Notes: a model not told the origin generated them from the letters alone. DNA of 64,000 nt from Candidatus Moraniibacteriota bacterium (GCA_963743885.1 CAVURJ010000001.1:12949-76948); one strand, 5' to 3'. Positions 10,501-18,894 are shown, counted from the stretch's first letter. Made by a program: numbers and translations.

Positions 10501-10978
10501 CATGATCATCGCGGCGGTCCTCATCGTCTCGACCCTCGTCATCCAGTTCAACTCTTTCCGCAAAGCACTCCTCGTGCTCGTCACACTCCCCCTCGCGCTC
10601 ATCGGCGTCTTCATCGGCCTCGCGCTCTTCCAGGTGCCGCTCTCCTTCCCAGGACTCATCGGTATCCTCGCCCTCTTCGGCATCGTCGTGAAGAACGCCA
10701 TCATCCTGGTCGACAAGATCAACATCAACCTGACGGTCGGCATCCCCTTCGAGGAAGCCATCGTCGATGCCGGCAAGTCGCGGCTCGAAGCGATCTTCAT
10801 CACGTCGTTCTGCACCATCCTCGGCATCATCCCGATCACGCTCTCGAACGCCCTGTGGCAGGCGCTCGGCTCGGCCATCATCTTCGGACTGATGTTCTCC
10901 TCCTTCCTCACGCTCTTCATCATCCCGGTCCTCTACCGGATGCTTGCAAGCACGAGAGAGAAGGCAGATAGGGTTTAG
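7559..10978 (+). CDS. AcrB/AcrD/AcrF family RND transporter
   Basis: PGASPSDVEELVT, GLLVDDAIVV and GIVVKNAIILVD; ATG at 7559 preferred over the ORF-track start. Confidence 0.95.
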   Translation: MPTTPEHRDPSSDSRYLDTLTFDPELKQGFLNFFVTRTRVVILLIILLSGWGIYAYNILPRESNPEVKIPIAIVSAVLPGASPSDVEELVTKKIETEVSSLKGASKVTSTSSNSVSVTSIEFEASENLDDAIRRVRDAVNTVAPDLPAEVETPTVSEISFDDQPILTMVLTGPYDGFTLREHAKTLQDELEKVPDVRDVTLSGGDEVEFSIAYDPAKLAVYGLSADAANNAVRSANIAVPGGNFDGQEFVYPIRSDGRFFDAQALGDTPIQKTRSGAIISLRDIATVEERAIKRTALSRLSISGSTPENAVTIDIVKKTGGSIIDIADTSKKTVADLLATFPSGMKTDITVDLSDQISNDFTQLSHDFLITVTLVVITLILLVGLKEALIAGLTIPLVFFATFGTMMLTGTSLNFLSLFSLLLALGLLVDDAIVVVSATKQYLRTGKFTPEEAVLLVLRDFKVVLLTTTLATTFAFMPLLLSSGIMGEFIKSIPITVSITLISSLIIAIVINHPLAAALERIRFTRGLFSALALLALAVGLIAIVSLSGIARFALAAASFAAFFLLIRYRYQRGGEAVLKHNELLVEKERTSDALIKEKLSHQISDEAHFMNRLMHGIVRIDHFIPLYERWLRYTLSTKKRRLTVVLGTVALFVATALLPITGIVKSEFFPASDEELLYINITAPIGLKLEKTDVIVREVEKTLLTYPEIKNFSTVVGRSSSGDGLGSGSSSTHVGSITVKLTKPDDRDITSYDLATEIRDELAPIREADITVFSPSGGPPAGDAFEAQIRGEDLNELSRIAGDLKDILATIPGVTGIEVSLKEAPAEYTFTLDPARMELYGLDAASVGSTLRMAVSGTEITKVIRDTDEIKVIARFDERALPTLQSLQNLQIINQSGTPVYLKDVATIELKPSVNAITRIDEKRVVKLSSDVIGDTNAQELLKAFQDKVAASYTLPDGYTLSYGGENEENTESVQSILRAMIIAAVLIVSTLVIQFNSFRKALLVLVTLPLALIGVFIGLALFQVPLSFPGLIGILALFGIVVKNAIILVDKININLTVGIPFEEAIVDAGKSRLEAIFITSFCTILGIIPITLSNALWQALGSAIIFGLMFSSFLTLFIIPVLYRMLASTREKADRV

Positions 10979-11107
10979 GGGATAGGGTACAGGGTATAGA
11001 AAGAAAAAAGAGAGCGACAAAAAGACCCCTTGCTAGGGGTTTTTTGTTCTGCTATGCTGAGCCGGAACAGAAGTCCCTTCACAACCCGAGACGACAAGGA
11101 ACTCACT

Positions 11108-11458
11108 ATGAAAACCCTATTACGCGGCATCTGCAACGGAGCAATAATCACCTTCTCTGACCGCTATGTACTCTTCCTGCTGGCTGCTGTTGTCGGATTA
11201 TCCATCTGGCAATATTCCTGGATCAGTGTTACCCTGCTGCCATTCCTGGCAAGCCATCCGACCTACGTGCTCGTCCCTATCGTTCTTTTCATCGTCAGCG
11301 CCATAGGCATAGGAAAATTCATCGAAGAAGTCGAAGACTACCATGGCATTGATCCTCTGTTCTGTTTTTACGCGTTCTTCATAGGCCTTGTTGCCCTCGT
11401 CTTTTACTGCTGGGCATTGGCAAGCTACGTCTCAATAACGATCACAGTCCCCAGCTGA
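11108..11458 (+). CDS. Hypothetical multi-TM membrane protein
   Basis: AAGGA RBS before ATG 11108; three hydrophobic segments; followed by terminator hairpin ~11477-11509. Confidence 0.65.
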   Translation: MKTLLRGICNGAIITFSDRYVLFLLAAVVGLSIWQYSWISVTLLPFLASHPTYVLVPIVLFIVSAIGIGKFIEEVEDYHGIDPLFCFYAFFIGLVALVFYCWALASYVSITITVPS

Positions 11459-11551
11459 CAAATCATGCAAAACCAAAACCGATATGGAATTCCATATCGG
11501 TCTTTTTTTATCTCTCATCTTCTTCATCTATCCCCTCTCATCTCTTATCCC

Positions 11552-11650
11552 GCTCCCCTTTCTCGCCTCGCTTTCGCTCCGTCGAAGCGGGTCCAAGAGG
11601 AGCCCTGCCTGCCGGTAGGCAAGTGGCTCGTCTGCGAGACTGAGGGGTTC
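11552..11650. repeat. Composite REP-like palindromic repeat
   Basis: Contains CCTGCCTGCCGGTAGGCAAG (11604-11623, related copy near 54150) and CGCCTCG...AAGCGGG (related to 13226-13250). Confidence 0.55.
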
Positions 11651-11651
11651 T

Positions 11652-12371
11652 CTACTTCTCAGCAATCTCCACGCTCTTCACAACGACCGGCGTGACTGGA
11701 GAGGATCCCTCGCCGCCCGCCTTGGTCGGCGCATCAGCGATGGTGTCGACAGCCTCGAGGCCCGAGACGACATGGCCGAAGATCACATAGTTCGGCGGAA
11801 GCGGATAATCCTTGTGCATGATGAAGAACTGGCTACCGTTGGTATCCGGACCGGCGTTCGCCATCGCGATCGTGCCGCGGGTATACTGCCCCGTAAACGG
11901 CTCGTCATCGAAGCGGTAGCCCGGGCCGCCCATGCCCGTCCCCTGTGGATCTCCACCCTGGATCATGAAGCCAGGAATCGTCCGATGGAAGATCGTCCCA
12001 TCATAGAACTTCTCACGAGCAAGGAACACGAAATTGTTGACTGTGATCGGCGTCGCTGCTGCTGCGAGCTCCACCACGATATCGCCTTGGTCCGTATGGA
12101 GTGTCGCGGTATACTGCTTCTTCGCATCGATCGTCATTGCTGGTGCCTGCATATAGGTCTTTCCTTTTAGAGAATTATCCGCCTGGACCGGCGGCGTCTG
12201 CTTCGCCTGGCTCTTCGCCTCGGCTGGTTTGTCTGCCGTCTTGTCGGCAGGCTTATCAAACGTCAGCCCCGACCCCTCGGACGATTTCTCAGTCCGTACC
12301 TCCGGCGTATCCATCGAACATCCCGCAAGCGCGATGCCGCCGATGATTGCCACTGCTATCTTTTTTCTCAT
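11652..12371 (-). CDS. Cyclophilin-type peptidyl-prolyl isomerase, lipoprotein
   Basis: FYDGTIFHR.IPGFMIQGGDP and AMANAGPDTNGSQFFI; lipobox LAGC. Confidence 0.95.
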   Translation of the reverse strand: MRKKIAVAIIGGIALAGCSMDTPEVRTEKSSEGSGLTFDKPADKTADKPAEAKSQAKQTPPVQADNSLKGKTYMQAPAMTIDAKKQYTATLHTDQGDIVVELAAAATPITVNNFVFLAREKFYDGTIFHRTIPGFMIQGGDPQGTGMGGPGYRFDDEPFTGQYTRGTIAMANAGPDTNGSQFFIMHKDYPLPPNYVIFGHVVSGLEAVDTIADAPTKAGGEGSSPVTPVVVKSVEIAEK

Positions 12372-12438
12372 ACGCGTCTTTGTTACTAGCACACTCCCAT
12401 CAGTATACTACATTCCCACGCACATGATACCGTTACCA

Positions 12439-12467
12439 TTGACAAGCAGCTAAAAAGGGTGTATAAT
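12439..12467 (+). promoter_or_regulatory. Perfect consensus sigma70 promoter
   Basis: TTGACA (12439-12444)-17 bp-TATAAT (12462-12467). Confidence 0.85.
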
Positions 12468-12473
12468 GGTATA

Positions 12474-12606
12474 CAGAAGTGCATAAAGCTAATTCGTCCA
12501 CAAAACCCGCCTGGTGGCAGTTGGGACGTAGTGCCCATAGTGGATTGGATATCTTGAAGCGCTTAAGGGCCTGTCTGAAACATTAGACAGGTCCTAGATT
12601 TTTTTT
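12474..12606 (+). ncRNA. Candidate ~130-nt non-coding RNA, 6S-like rod fold
   Basis: Bounded by a consensus promoter and a terminator (12567-12606); no ORF; long-range pairings AAGTGC/GCGCTT, CTAAT/ATTGG, TCCAC/GTGGA and GGCA/TGCC around a bubble. Confidence 0.6.
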
Positions 12607-12794
12607 AAAAGCCTTTACCCTGTTACAAATCCACGAAAGATTTTCGATAACCGCCAACCCGAAGGCGAAGCCGCCTATCAGCTCTACCATTACACAACGC
12701 AAGCCCCTGCCTGATTTGTAATAGGGCTCCTGCCAAAAGTTGCCCTACCGAAAGCACGGCAATCGCCTTACAGAGATTCACTTCAAAAAAAGCC

Positions 12795-12883
12795 TTGACT
12801 TTTCCCATTTTTTGCGCTATACTTAAGAAGTTGAGAAGTGGAAACGGGTGAGAGATGTCATAATCTCGCCCGTTTTCTTTTTT
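12795..12883 (+). promoter_or_regulatory. Promoter followed by a terminator-like leader hairpin
   Basis: TTGACT-17 bp-TATACT (12795-12823); stem GAAACGGGTGAGA/TCTCGCCCGTTTT followed by a T run. Confidence 0.6.
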
Positions 12884-12934
12884 CATCAAGTCCCTTTAAA
12901 AAAGCCTCGGGACAGGCAAAAACAAAAAAGACGT

Positions 12935-13114
12935 ATGACAGAAGTACGTATGGAAGACACCCCAGTGGTGTCAGAGTGTTCGGGCCCTGATTGCCCGAAG
13001 TGCGCCAAAGCGGCTGCAGAAGCCGAGGAGTCAGAGAACACGAACTTCGCGTTCCTCCTCGCGATGCTCCCGGTGATCGCACTCACCTTCTTCGGACAGG
13101 CAGGACTCTTGTAA
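12935..13114 (+). CDS. Small Cys-motif protein with C-terminal TM helix
   Basis: 59 aa; CSGPDCPKC followed by hydrophobic FAFLLAMLPVIALTFFG; terminator at ~13140-13169. Confidence 0.65.
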   Translation: MTEVRMEDTPVVSECSGPDCPKCAKAAAEAEESENTNFAFLLAMLPVIALTFFGQAGLL

Positions 13115-13209
13115 AAAAGACCCTCCCCTCTCCAACAAAAAACCGCCCTACTAAAAGGGTGGTTTTTTTATTCTTCTCTTTCTTATCTATCACAATAACA
13201 GGTACTGAG

Positions 13210-13540
13210 ACCCAGAACCAGCCTGCCAGCCAAGCCGCCTCGATTCGAGTCAAAGCGGGCCCGCCTAACCGGCGAGGCTGGCCGCGGAATAACGGGTATT
13301 GCACCGCGGGACAAGCCCCGCATTACAGACAAGCTTCACTTGCCTTCCCCGCAGCAAGCTGCAGGGTATTGACCCGATTTTACCTGCGCTCCGTTCGGAA
13401 ACAAAAGTAAACTTTTGTTTCACTCACTACACTTGGTAATAAAACGATCCGCCAGCTGGCGGATCGTTTTTAGGGTCCAGGACTTGCCTACCCGAATCGC
13501 TACGCGAATCGTTGCGGGCGGGCTCCGGGGTAAATACCAT
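13210..13540. repeat. Cluster of nested palindromic (REP/MITE-like) elements
   Basis: Perfect 30-bp palindrome at 13441-13470, hairpin at 13398-13421, CCCCGCAGCAAGCTGCAGGG and further GC-rich hairpins. Confidence 0.65.
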
Positions 13541-13559
13541 TTATTTTCTAACTAAAATC

Positions 13560-14189
13560 TCAATCCTTCACTTTCCGGTAGTAGATACCAACGTCAGCGA
13601 TCCACTTCTTCACGCTCTCTGAGGTATGGGCCGAGCAGTTCCAGCCGCATTTCCAGACGATGAGCTCTTCTGGCGTATCAAACTCGTACTTCTTGACGAA
13701 GGTATCGATACGGCCGCCGACGACGCCCACGGCTTCCTCCGGACTGCCGAAGCAGCCGTGCCCCATAGCGATGCCACGCGAGCCTGCACCACGATAGCCC
13801 CAGTAGTTGTAGCAATCCTTGCCGTCCTCATCGACCGGCACGCGCTTACCCCAGTTACTTTCCTTCTTGGCAATGCCGACGAGAAAGGCAGCGGTCGTCT
13901 GGTCATACCGGGAGATGGATCGGGACATCCGTTCGATCGGAAAGCCAACGACGACCTTGTTCACGCGGCGCTCGAGCGCGGCATGAGGATCCGGAGCAGC
14001 GAAGACCGGTCCAGGGTCGAGCGAGACACGGAGCGTCGCACCATAGAGAGCCGTGGTCACAACGAAGCTTATGGCGATGAAGGCCACATAAGCGCCACGC
14101 GACGAGATAGCGAGCGGACGCGCGAGAAAAGCCTCGAACCGATCAAGCGCTCTTTGGATGATATTCTGATGTTTCTTTTTCTGTGTCAT
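13560..14189 (-). CDS. Membrane-anchored hypothetical protein, possible lysozyme-like fold
   Basis: TM segment, then FLVGIAKKESNWG...NYWG resembling glucosaminidase/SLT catalytic motifs. Confidence 0.6.
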   Translation of the reverse strand: MTQKKKHQNIIQRALDRFEAFLARPLAISSRGAYVAFIAISFVVTTALYGATLRVSLDPGPVFAAPDPHAALERRVNKVVVGFPIERMSRSISRYDQTTAAFLVGIAKKESNWGKRVPVDEDGKDCYNYWGYRGAGSRGIAMGHGCFGSPEEAVGVVGGRIDTFVKKYEFDTPEELIVWKCGWNCSAHTSESVKKWIADVGIYYRKVKD

Positions 14190-14292
14190 AGGTGAGAAAA
14201 TGGCTTGAACAAGTAAAAAAGCGAGCACCCGGACGGCACCCGCTTCTTTAGTTCTACATACAGTATAGCACTTTTCCGGCCGAAAATCAAGC

Positions 14293-15636
14293 CTATCTCA
14301 CCTGAAGCGTCCCGCGGTACATGCCCATCGAACAACTGAAGGGTATCTTGCCAGCGCGAGTCGGCGTGAACTCGATGATGTTCTCTCCGGGTTTGAGACG
14401 GCGCTCAATGCCGAGCTCAGGGATGACAAATGACGACGCGCAACTATATGAATCCTCCGAATTGATGATGAGGCGCACCGGTACGCCGGCCGTGAGCTCG
14501 GGCAACGTGCTCGGGTGATAGCCGTCCGCATCCTGCGTCATGCGGATGACCTGGGCATCACCAGATGTGGTAGGATCCGTCGCCGCGGCAGGACTCTGGT
14601 CTCCACTCCATCCGAAGAGGTGCCAAGCGTTCCCAATATTCCAAAGGCCAAACGCGATAAGGACGACCGCGATGATCGCGAAGAAGACCCGGCGCATCCC
14701 GCCTTGGATTGCTGTGCCCAAACCACCGAACGCGAGCAGCCCTGGCATCGTACCGAGCGCGAAGACCGCCATGATAATCGCGCCAGCGAAAGTATCACCG
14801 AGTGTAATGACGGAAAGCTGCACTGCCTGTGTGAAACCGCACGGAAGAAAGAACGTGAGAGCGCCGGAAAGGAGGGCGCCGCGATGCGAATACCCGGCTC
14901 CGTCGTGGCGGCCTGCGCCAAGCATCCGGCTGATGGCTTTCGGCAGAGTGAATGAAAAATGGCTCAAACGAGGGAAAATATCCGAGAGCTGAAGACCGAT
15001 GAGCAGCATGACAAGACCGACCAAAAGGGTCAAAAAAGCCGTCGCGGAAAGTGAAAGCTGGAGCCGTTCGCCGAAGAGCCCAAGGAGAGCACCAAAGAAC
15101 GCGAAGCCGCCGACGCGTCCGGTATTGAACCAGAGTTGTGGGATGAATTTGTCACGGAAAGAGCGCTCGGGATGAAGCTCGCTGTAGCGGGCTGCGACGC
15201 CGAGCACGAGGCCGCCGACAATCGCCGCACAGGTAGAGATACCAGCTGCGAGACCAATCAGGAACACGAGGCCGAGTCGGGAGAGATCGAGCGTCTCGGA
15301 TCCGAAGGAAGCCGAGAGCCAGCCGAGATGGCCGAGCGCGAGGTATCCGACGAAGACAAGCGCGATCGCGAAGAGTGCCGCGACATATGCTTCGAGCTCG
15401 CGCGAGACGAGCGGTAGATGCCCTGCAGCATCTGCCACTGTATAGCCGGCCGTCTCAATGACAGCCCGCACCGCCTCTTCATCGGGCGCAGTACCGTCCG
15501 AGGCGATGATGATCGTCCCAGTCCTGTGGTTGGCTTCGGCCCGAGTGACATGCGCGATCTTTGCGAGCTCGCCTTCAAGCGTCAGTTCGCACGAGCGGCA
15601 GTGCATCCCAGAAACGAATATCTTTTGTTGTGGCAT
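14293..15636 (-). CDS. HMA + DsbD_2/TauE-like membrane domain + cupredoxin-like protein
   Basis: GMHCRSC; STCAAIVGG and LPCGFTQ TM motifs; C-terminal FSCSMGMYRG. Confidence 0.9.
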   Translation of the reverse strand: MPQQKIFVSGMHCRSCELTLEGELAKIAHVTRAEANHRTGTIIIASDGTAPDEEAVRAVIETAGYTVADAAGHLPLVSRELEAYVAALFAIALVFVGYLALGHLGWLSASFGSETLDLSRLGLVFLIGLAAGISTCAAIVGGLVLGVAARYSELHPERSFRDKFIPQLWFNTGRVGGFAFFGALLGLFGERLQLSLSATAFLTLLVGLVMLLIGLQLSDIFPRLSHFSFTLPKAISRMLGAGRHDGAGYSHRGALLSGALTFFLPCGFTQAVQLSVITLGDTFAGAIIMAVFALGTMPGLLAFGGLGTAIQGGMRRVFFAIIAVVLIAFGLWNIGNAWHLFGWSGDQSPAAATDPTTSGDAQVIRMTQDADGYHPSTLPELTAGVPVRLIINSEDSYSCASSFVIPELGIERRLKPGENIIEFTPTRAGKIPFSCSMGMYRGTLQVR

Positions 15637-15699
15637 AAGCAAAAAGAAAAGTGGTACAGAAAGTATACCACATTCCCTCTTTCAAGCTCTTTTCTTGGC

Positions 15700-15759
15700 C
15701 TACAATCCAATCCCCTCAAGAAACATCTTCTTCGCAAGGCCGCGGAGCTGGCGGCTATT
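15700..15759. repeat. Exact 60-bp direct repeat, copy 1 (att-like)
   Basis: Identical to 17982-18041, the last 20 codons (including stop) of the pseudouridine synthase gene. Confidence 0.95.
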
Positions 15760-15777
15760 ACCGAAGAGAATACAAAT

Positions 15778-16527
15778 TTATACCGTCTTCCAAATCATCT
15801 TGAAAATGCTCTTCTGAAGATCAGCAATAGATTGGTCGCGGATGAGAACACCTATCAACGTCCGAAACGAGATAAGCGCTATCGTATCGCCATAGATAAT
15901 GAGGTCAGTCTCGAAACGGAACCCCTCCGGTAGGACCTTGCTCTTCACGAAGTTATCGTACTGCTTCAGCTTGAGATGTGCCCTGGCTGCTTCGGAACGC
16001 TCAACCAAATTATAAAGCCGGCCACCGTTCTCATAGAGACGTGTAAGGAGAGCATCGTTCTGTTCTAGGGTAAATACCCCGTAGAACTTCTCAGGCGTGA
16101 AGAACGAATAAACATCCTTGTGTGTCTCGACGATCTGCCGATAGACATCCAAAAGTCCCTCGCGCCCCTCATAAAACGCTACCGTCGGATGCGACGATGC
16201 GAGCGCATAGAGCGATTCGAGCTCAGGCAGACATTCCCCTGCTACCCGACGCTTTTCCCGGATTACCGCTTCCTCACGATCGAGGTTATGGAGCAGCTTC
16301 TTCGGGTGCTCCGGAATATACAGTGTCCTCTTCTTGCGCACCGTCTGGGAGACCAGTCCGCCTTCAAGAAGCGCGTCGATATATTCGTACGCGGTCGTAC
16401 GCTTGATTCCCGCCTCGCGCGCGATATCAGACACCGTGGCCTCGCCAAGCCGAAGCACGGCTGCATAGGCGTCCGCCTCTTTGCCGGAGAGCCCGATCCG
16501 TTCCAGTTTTTTCAACAAGCTTTCCAT
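15778..16527 (-). CDS. TrmB family transcriptional regulator
   Basis: GLSGKEA.AY..LRLG...IA.E.GIKRTT.Y..I..L...GLV HTH; FYEG.EG effector domain. Confidence 0.9.
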   Translation of the reverse strand: MESLLKKLERIGLSGKEADAYAAVLRLGEATVSDIAREAGIKRTTAYEYIDALLEGGLVSQTVRKKRTLYIPEHPKKLLHNLDREEAVIREKRRVAGECLPELESLYALASSHPTVAFYEGREGLLDVYRQIVETHKDVYSFFTPEKFYGVFTLEQNDALLTRLYENGGRLYNLVERSEAARAHLKLKQYDNFVKSKVLPEGFRFETDLIIYGDTIALISFRTLIGVLIRDQSIADLQKSIFKMIWKTV

Positions 16528-16724
16528 GCCCCCATCCTACGCGCATTTCAAAAAGTGTCAACTATTTCCGTCACATTTTTACTCTATACGTATATTTATT
16601 GGCTTTTATAAGCATAAAACATATCATCAGTACGTATCTATTTTGCGTATTCCCATAAAGATACGTACCCTATCAGCAGATTCGTTCGGGAGCCGCGCTC
16701 CCTTTGACAACCAAGGAGATCGGG

Positions 16725-17225
16725 ATGAAAATCGAAACCATTGGAAGCAACAAGGAATATGTGAGTCTCCCTTGCGGAAGAATCATCGCGAATATCCTCC
16801 GCGTAAGCGAGAATGACTACAAAACATGGAGGCGCACGGAAATTCTCGAGGAATTTTCATTCTTTGTTGGTTCTATTCTCTTTATCACCATTCTTTTGGT
16901 ATTTTTGTGGCACCTCGCGATACTGGATCGACCTGTCGTGCATGTGGAAAATACGATCAGCGGCATTCTCTCCGCCCTCGTTAAGGGAGTGTTTTTCGGT
17001 TTCCTTTTCATAGTATTGCTTACGTCCGCTGGCTTAAGCAGTCTTATGGGGCCACCCCTCATCGCATCACTTCGTATTAGAAGAAAACGAAAGGAATTTC
17101 TCCTAAATATCGGCCGGGCTGACATCGATTGTGAAAAAGTGAGTTCATATCTCTGCGATTCCATCACAAAAGGTGACGGGTATTTGATTATCGCCAAAGG
17201 GCAATCTATAGAAAGTCAGATATAA
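16725..17225 (+). CDS. Hypothetical membrane protein (islet cargo)
   Basis: AAGGAG RBS; two TM segments. Confidence 0.65.
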   Translation: MKIETIGSNKEYVSLPCGRIIANILRVSENDYKTWRRTEILEEFSFFVGSILFITILLVFLWHLAILDRPVVHVENTISGILSALVKGVFFGFLFIVLLTSAGLSSLMGPPLIASLRIRRKRKEFLLNIGRADIDCEKVSSYLCDSITKGDGYLIIAKGQSIESQI

Positions 17226-17235
17226 GGAGATAAAC

Positions 17236-17904
17236 ATGCCAGACAGCATCGCAATGCTCAACCGTCTCGTGTCCAAAACCGTCGCGAGCGACAAAAAAAA
17301 TGCCGCCCACCAAGCGGAAACCGACTTGAAATCCGCCGAATACCTCTGTGAGCTTAGTACATTCGAAGCCAATGCCAAACTTCTCCGCACAAAGCTCCGG
17401 CTCGAAGGCATCACACCGCTTAGCATCCTGCCCCACGCAGTTTGGGGAAAACTCTGCACTCATGCCGGAGGGTTCCTCCGATTCGATGTCCTGGTCGATA
17501 CGCAAGAGCAGAAAAAGAAGCTCGTCGCAGGAAAGATAGTGCGAGGCATCCAGAAAAAACCAGAGGGGACTGGGAACGGAAAACTGGATTTCGTTATCTT
17601 TTCAGGAATGTTTGCTCTTTGTATCATCAGTATAGTGTGCGGGATGGTTCTCTTTTCGAAACCATCGATTTACACAGCATGGAGCATAACATGGTGCCTC
17701 CTTATTTTCATCCTCCCTCAAGGAACACTCGAACTCATAGGACAAAGAAGGCTTCAAAAGACCCTGCGGACCGAGAAGAATTCCGTCGTCTACGTGACCG
17801 AGGGGTGCCGTGGGGCGGCGGTAGCGATCATCGCAAAGTGGGGAGAATTCCCCATCGAACAGACGGTGATCGACGAGGTTCTGGACTCAACCCTCTCCAT
17901 CTAA
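17236..17904 (+). CDS. Hypothetical membrane protein (islet cargo)
   Basis: AAGGAG RBS; two TM segments; terminator hairpin at ~17926-17962. Confidence 0.7.
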   Translation: MPDSIAMLNRLVSKTVASDKKNAAHQAETDLKSAEYLCELSTFEANAKLLRTKLRLEGITPLSILPHAVWGKLCTHAGGFLRFDVLVDTQEQKKKLVAGKIVRGIQKKPEGTGNGKLDFVIFSGMFALCIISIVCGMVLFSKPSIYTAWSITWCLLIFILPQGTLELIGQRRLQKTLRTEKNSVVYVTEGCRGAAVAIIAKWGEFPIEQTVIDEVLDSTLSI

Positions 17905-17981
17905 GAACGGCAACAAGACAAATACGCGCGAAGGAAGTTCCATCTCCCTTCGCGCTTTTTTCTTATATTCCACTAAGATAT

Positions 17982-18692
17982 CTACAATCCAATCCCCTCA
18001 AGAAACATCTTCTTCGCAAGGCCGCGGAGCTGGCGGCTATTGCCCGGCTTCAGTGCACCGAGATAGATGCCCATGACACGCACGCGGGTCAACCGCTCGA
18101 CGGTCATACGGGCCTCCGAGAGCATGCGACGGATCTGATGCTTCTTGCCTTCAGTCAAAATAATAGAGAGCGTGTGCGGACCAGCGACCGTCACTTTCTT
18201 TGCCTTGAGCCACTCACCTTCGCTCTTGACGCCCTCCTCGAGCACTTTCTTCGCCAGAGGCGGAATATCTTCGCGAACGATCACCTCGTATTCCTTCTCG
18301 TGCTTGAAGCGCGGATGGAGTAGACGATCCGTCACGCGACCATCATCCGTCAGAATGATCAGTCCTTCCGATGCCTTGTCGAGACGGCCCACTGGAAACA
18401 AACCTGGAAAACCGGCCACTTCGGCGATGGATCGCTCATTCCCCTGCGGCGAATGTGTGATGATGCCGCGCGGCTTGTAATAGGCGATATACGTAAACTC
18501 CTTCTCTTGGGGCGTCAGGCTGCCAGAGACTTCCACAGTATCGGACTCCTCTACCTTGCTGCCAAGCTCGGCTTTCTTTCCGTTGATGCGCACTTTCCCA
18601 GATGTGATGAGATCATCGGCTCCGCGGCGCGTCGAAAACCCCTTGATCGCCAGGTAGCGATTGATGCGGATAGGATAGGTAATTTCTTCCAT
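17982..18692 (-). CDS. RsuA/RluB/RluF family rRNA pseudouridine synthase
   Basis: S4 domain, GRLD catalytic motif, EKEY.V and LTEGKKHQIRRM. Confidence 0.95.
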   Translation of the reverse strand: MEEITYPIRINRYLAIKGFSTRRGADDLITSGKVRINGKKAELGSKVEESDTVEVSGSLTPQEKEFTYIAYYKPRGIITHSPQGNERSIAEVAGFPGLFPVGRLDKASEGLIILTDDGRVTDRLLHPRFKHEKEYEVIVREDIPPLAKKVLEEGVKSEGEWLKAKKVTVAGPHTLSIILTEGKKHQIRRMLSEARMTVERLTRVRVMGIYLGALKPGNSRQLRGLAKKMFLEGIGL

Positions 18693-18698
18693 ACAGGT

Positions 18699-18891
18699 AT
18701 CAAGTTTGTAAAGTTTGTAAAGTCATCAAGTTCATAAAGTCTTTCAAGTTTATAAAGTCTGTAAAGTTTGTAAAGTCATCAAGTTTGTAAAGTCATCAAG
18801 TTTGTAAAGTTTGTAAAGTTATAAAGCAGAGACCCTCCGAATCAAATTATTCTTTGCTTTATAAACTTGATAACTTTCAACTTTATAAACT
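18699..18891. repeat. Degenerate 8-9-bp tandem array with an inverted partner array
   Basis: About 15 AAGTTTGTA/AAGTCATC-type units at 18699-18827; complementary CTTTATAAACTTGATAACTTT at 18856-18891; related tract at 19403-19432. Confidence 0.85.
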
Positions 18892-18894
18892 CAA

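Noticed and set aside
12623-12790. Additional ncRNA or minus-strand ORF 12623-12889
   Set aside because: There are a few short hairpins but no recognisable family or clear boundaries; the ORF crosses a plus-strand promoter and has no motifs.
18699-18827. CRISPR array
   Set aside because: Units are 8-9 bp, degenerate and contiguous, with no unique spacers.
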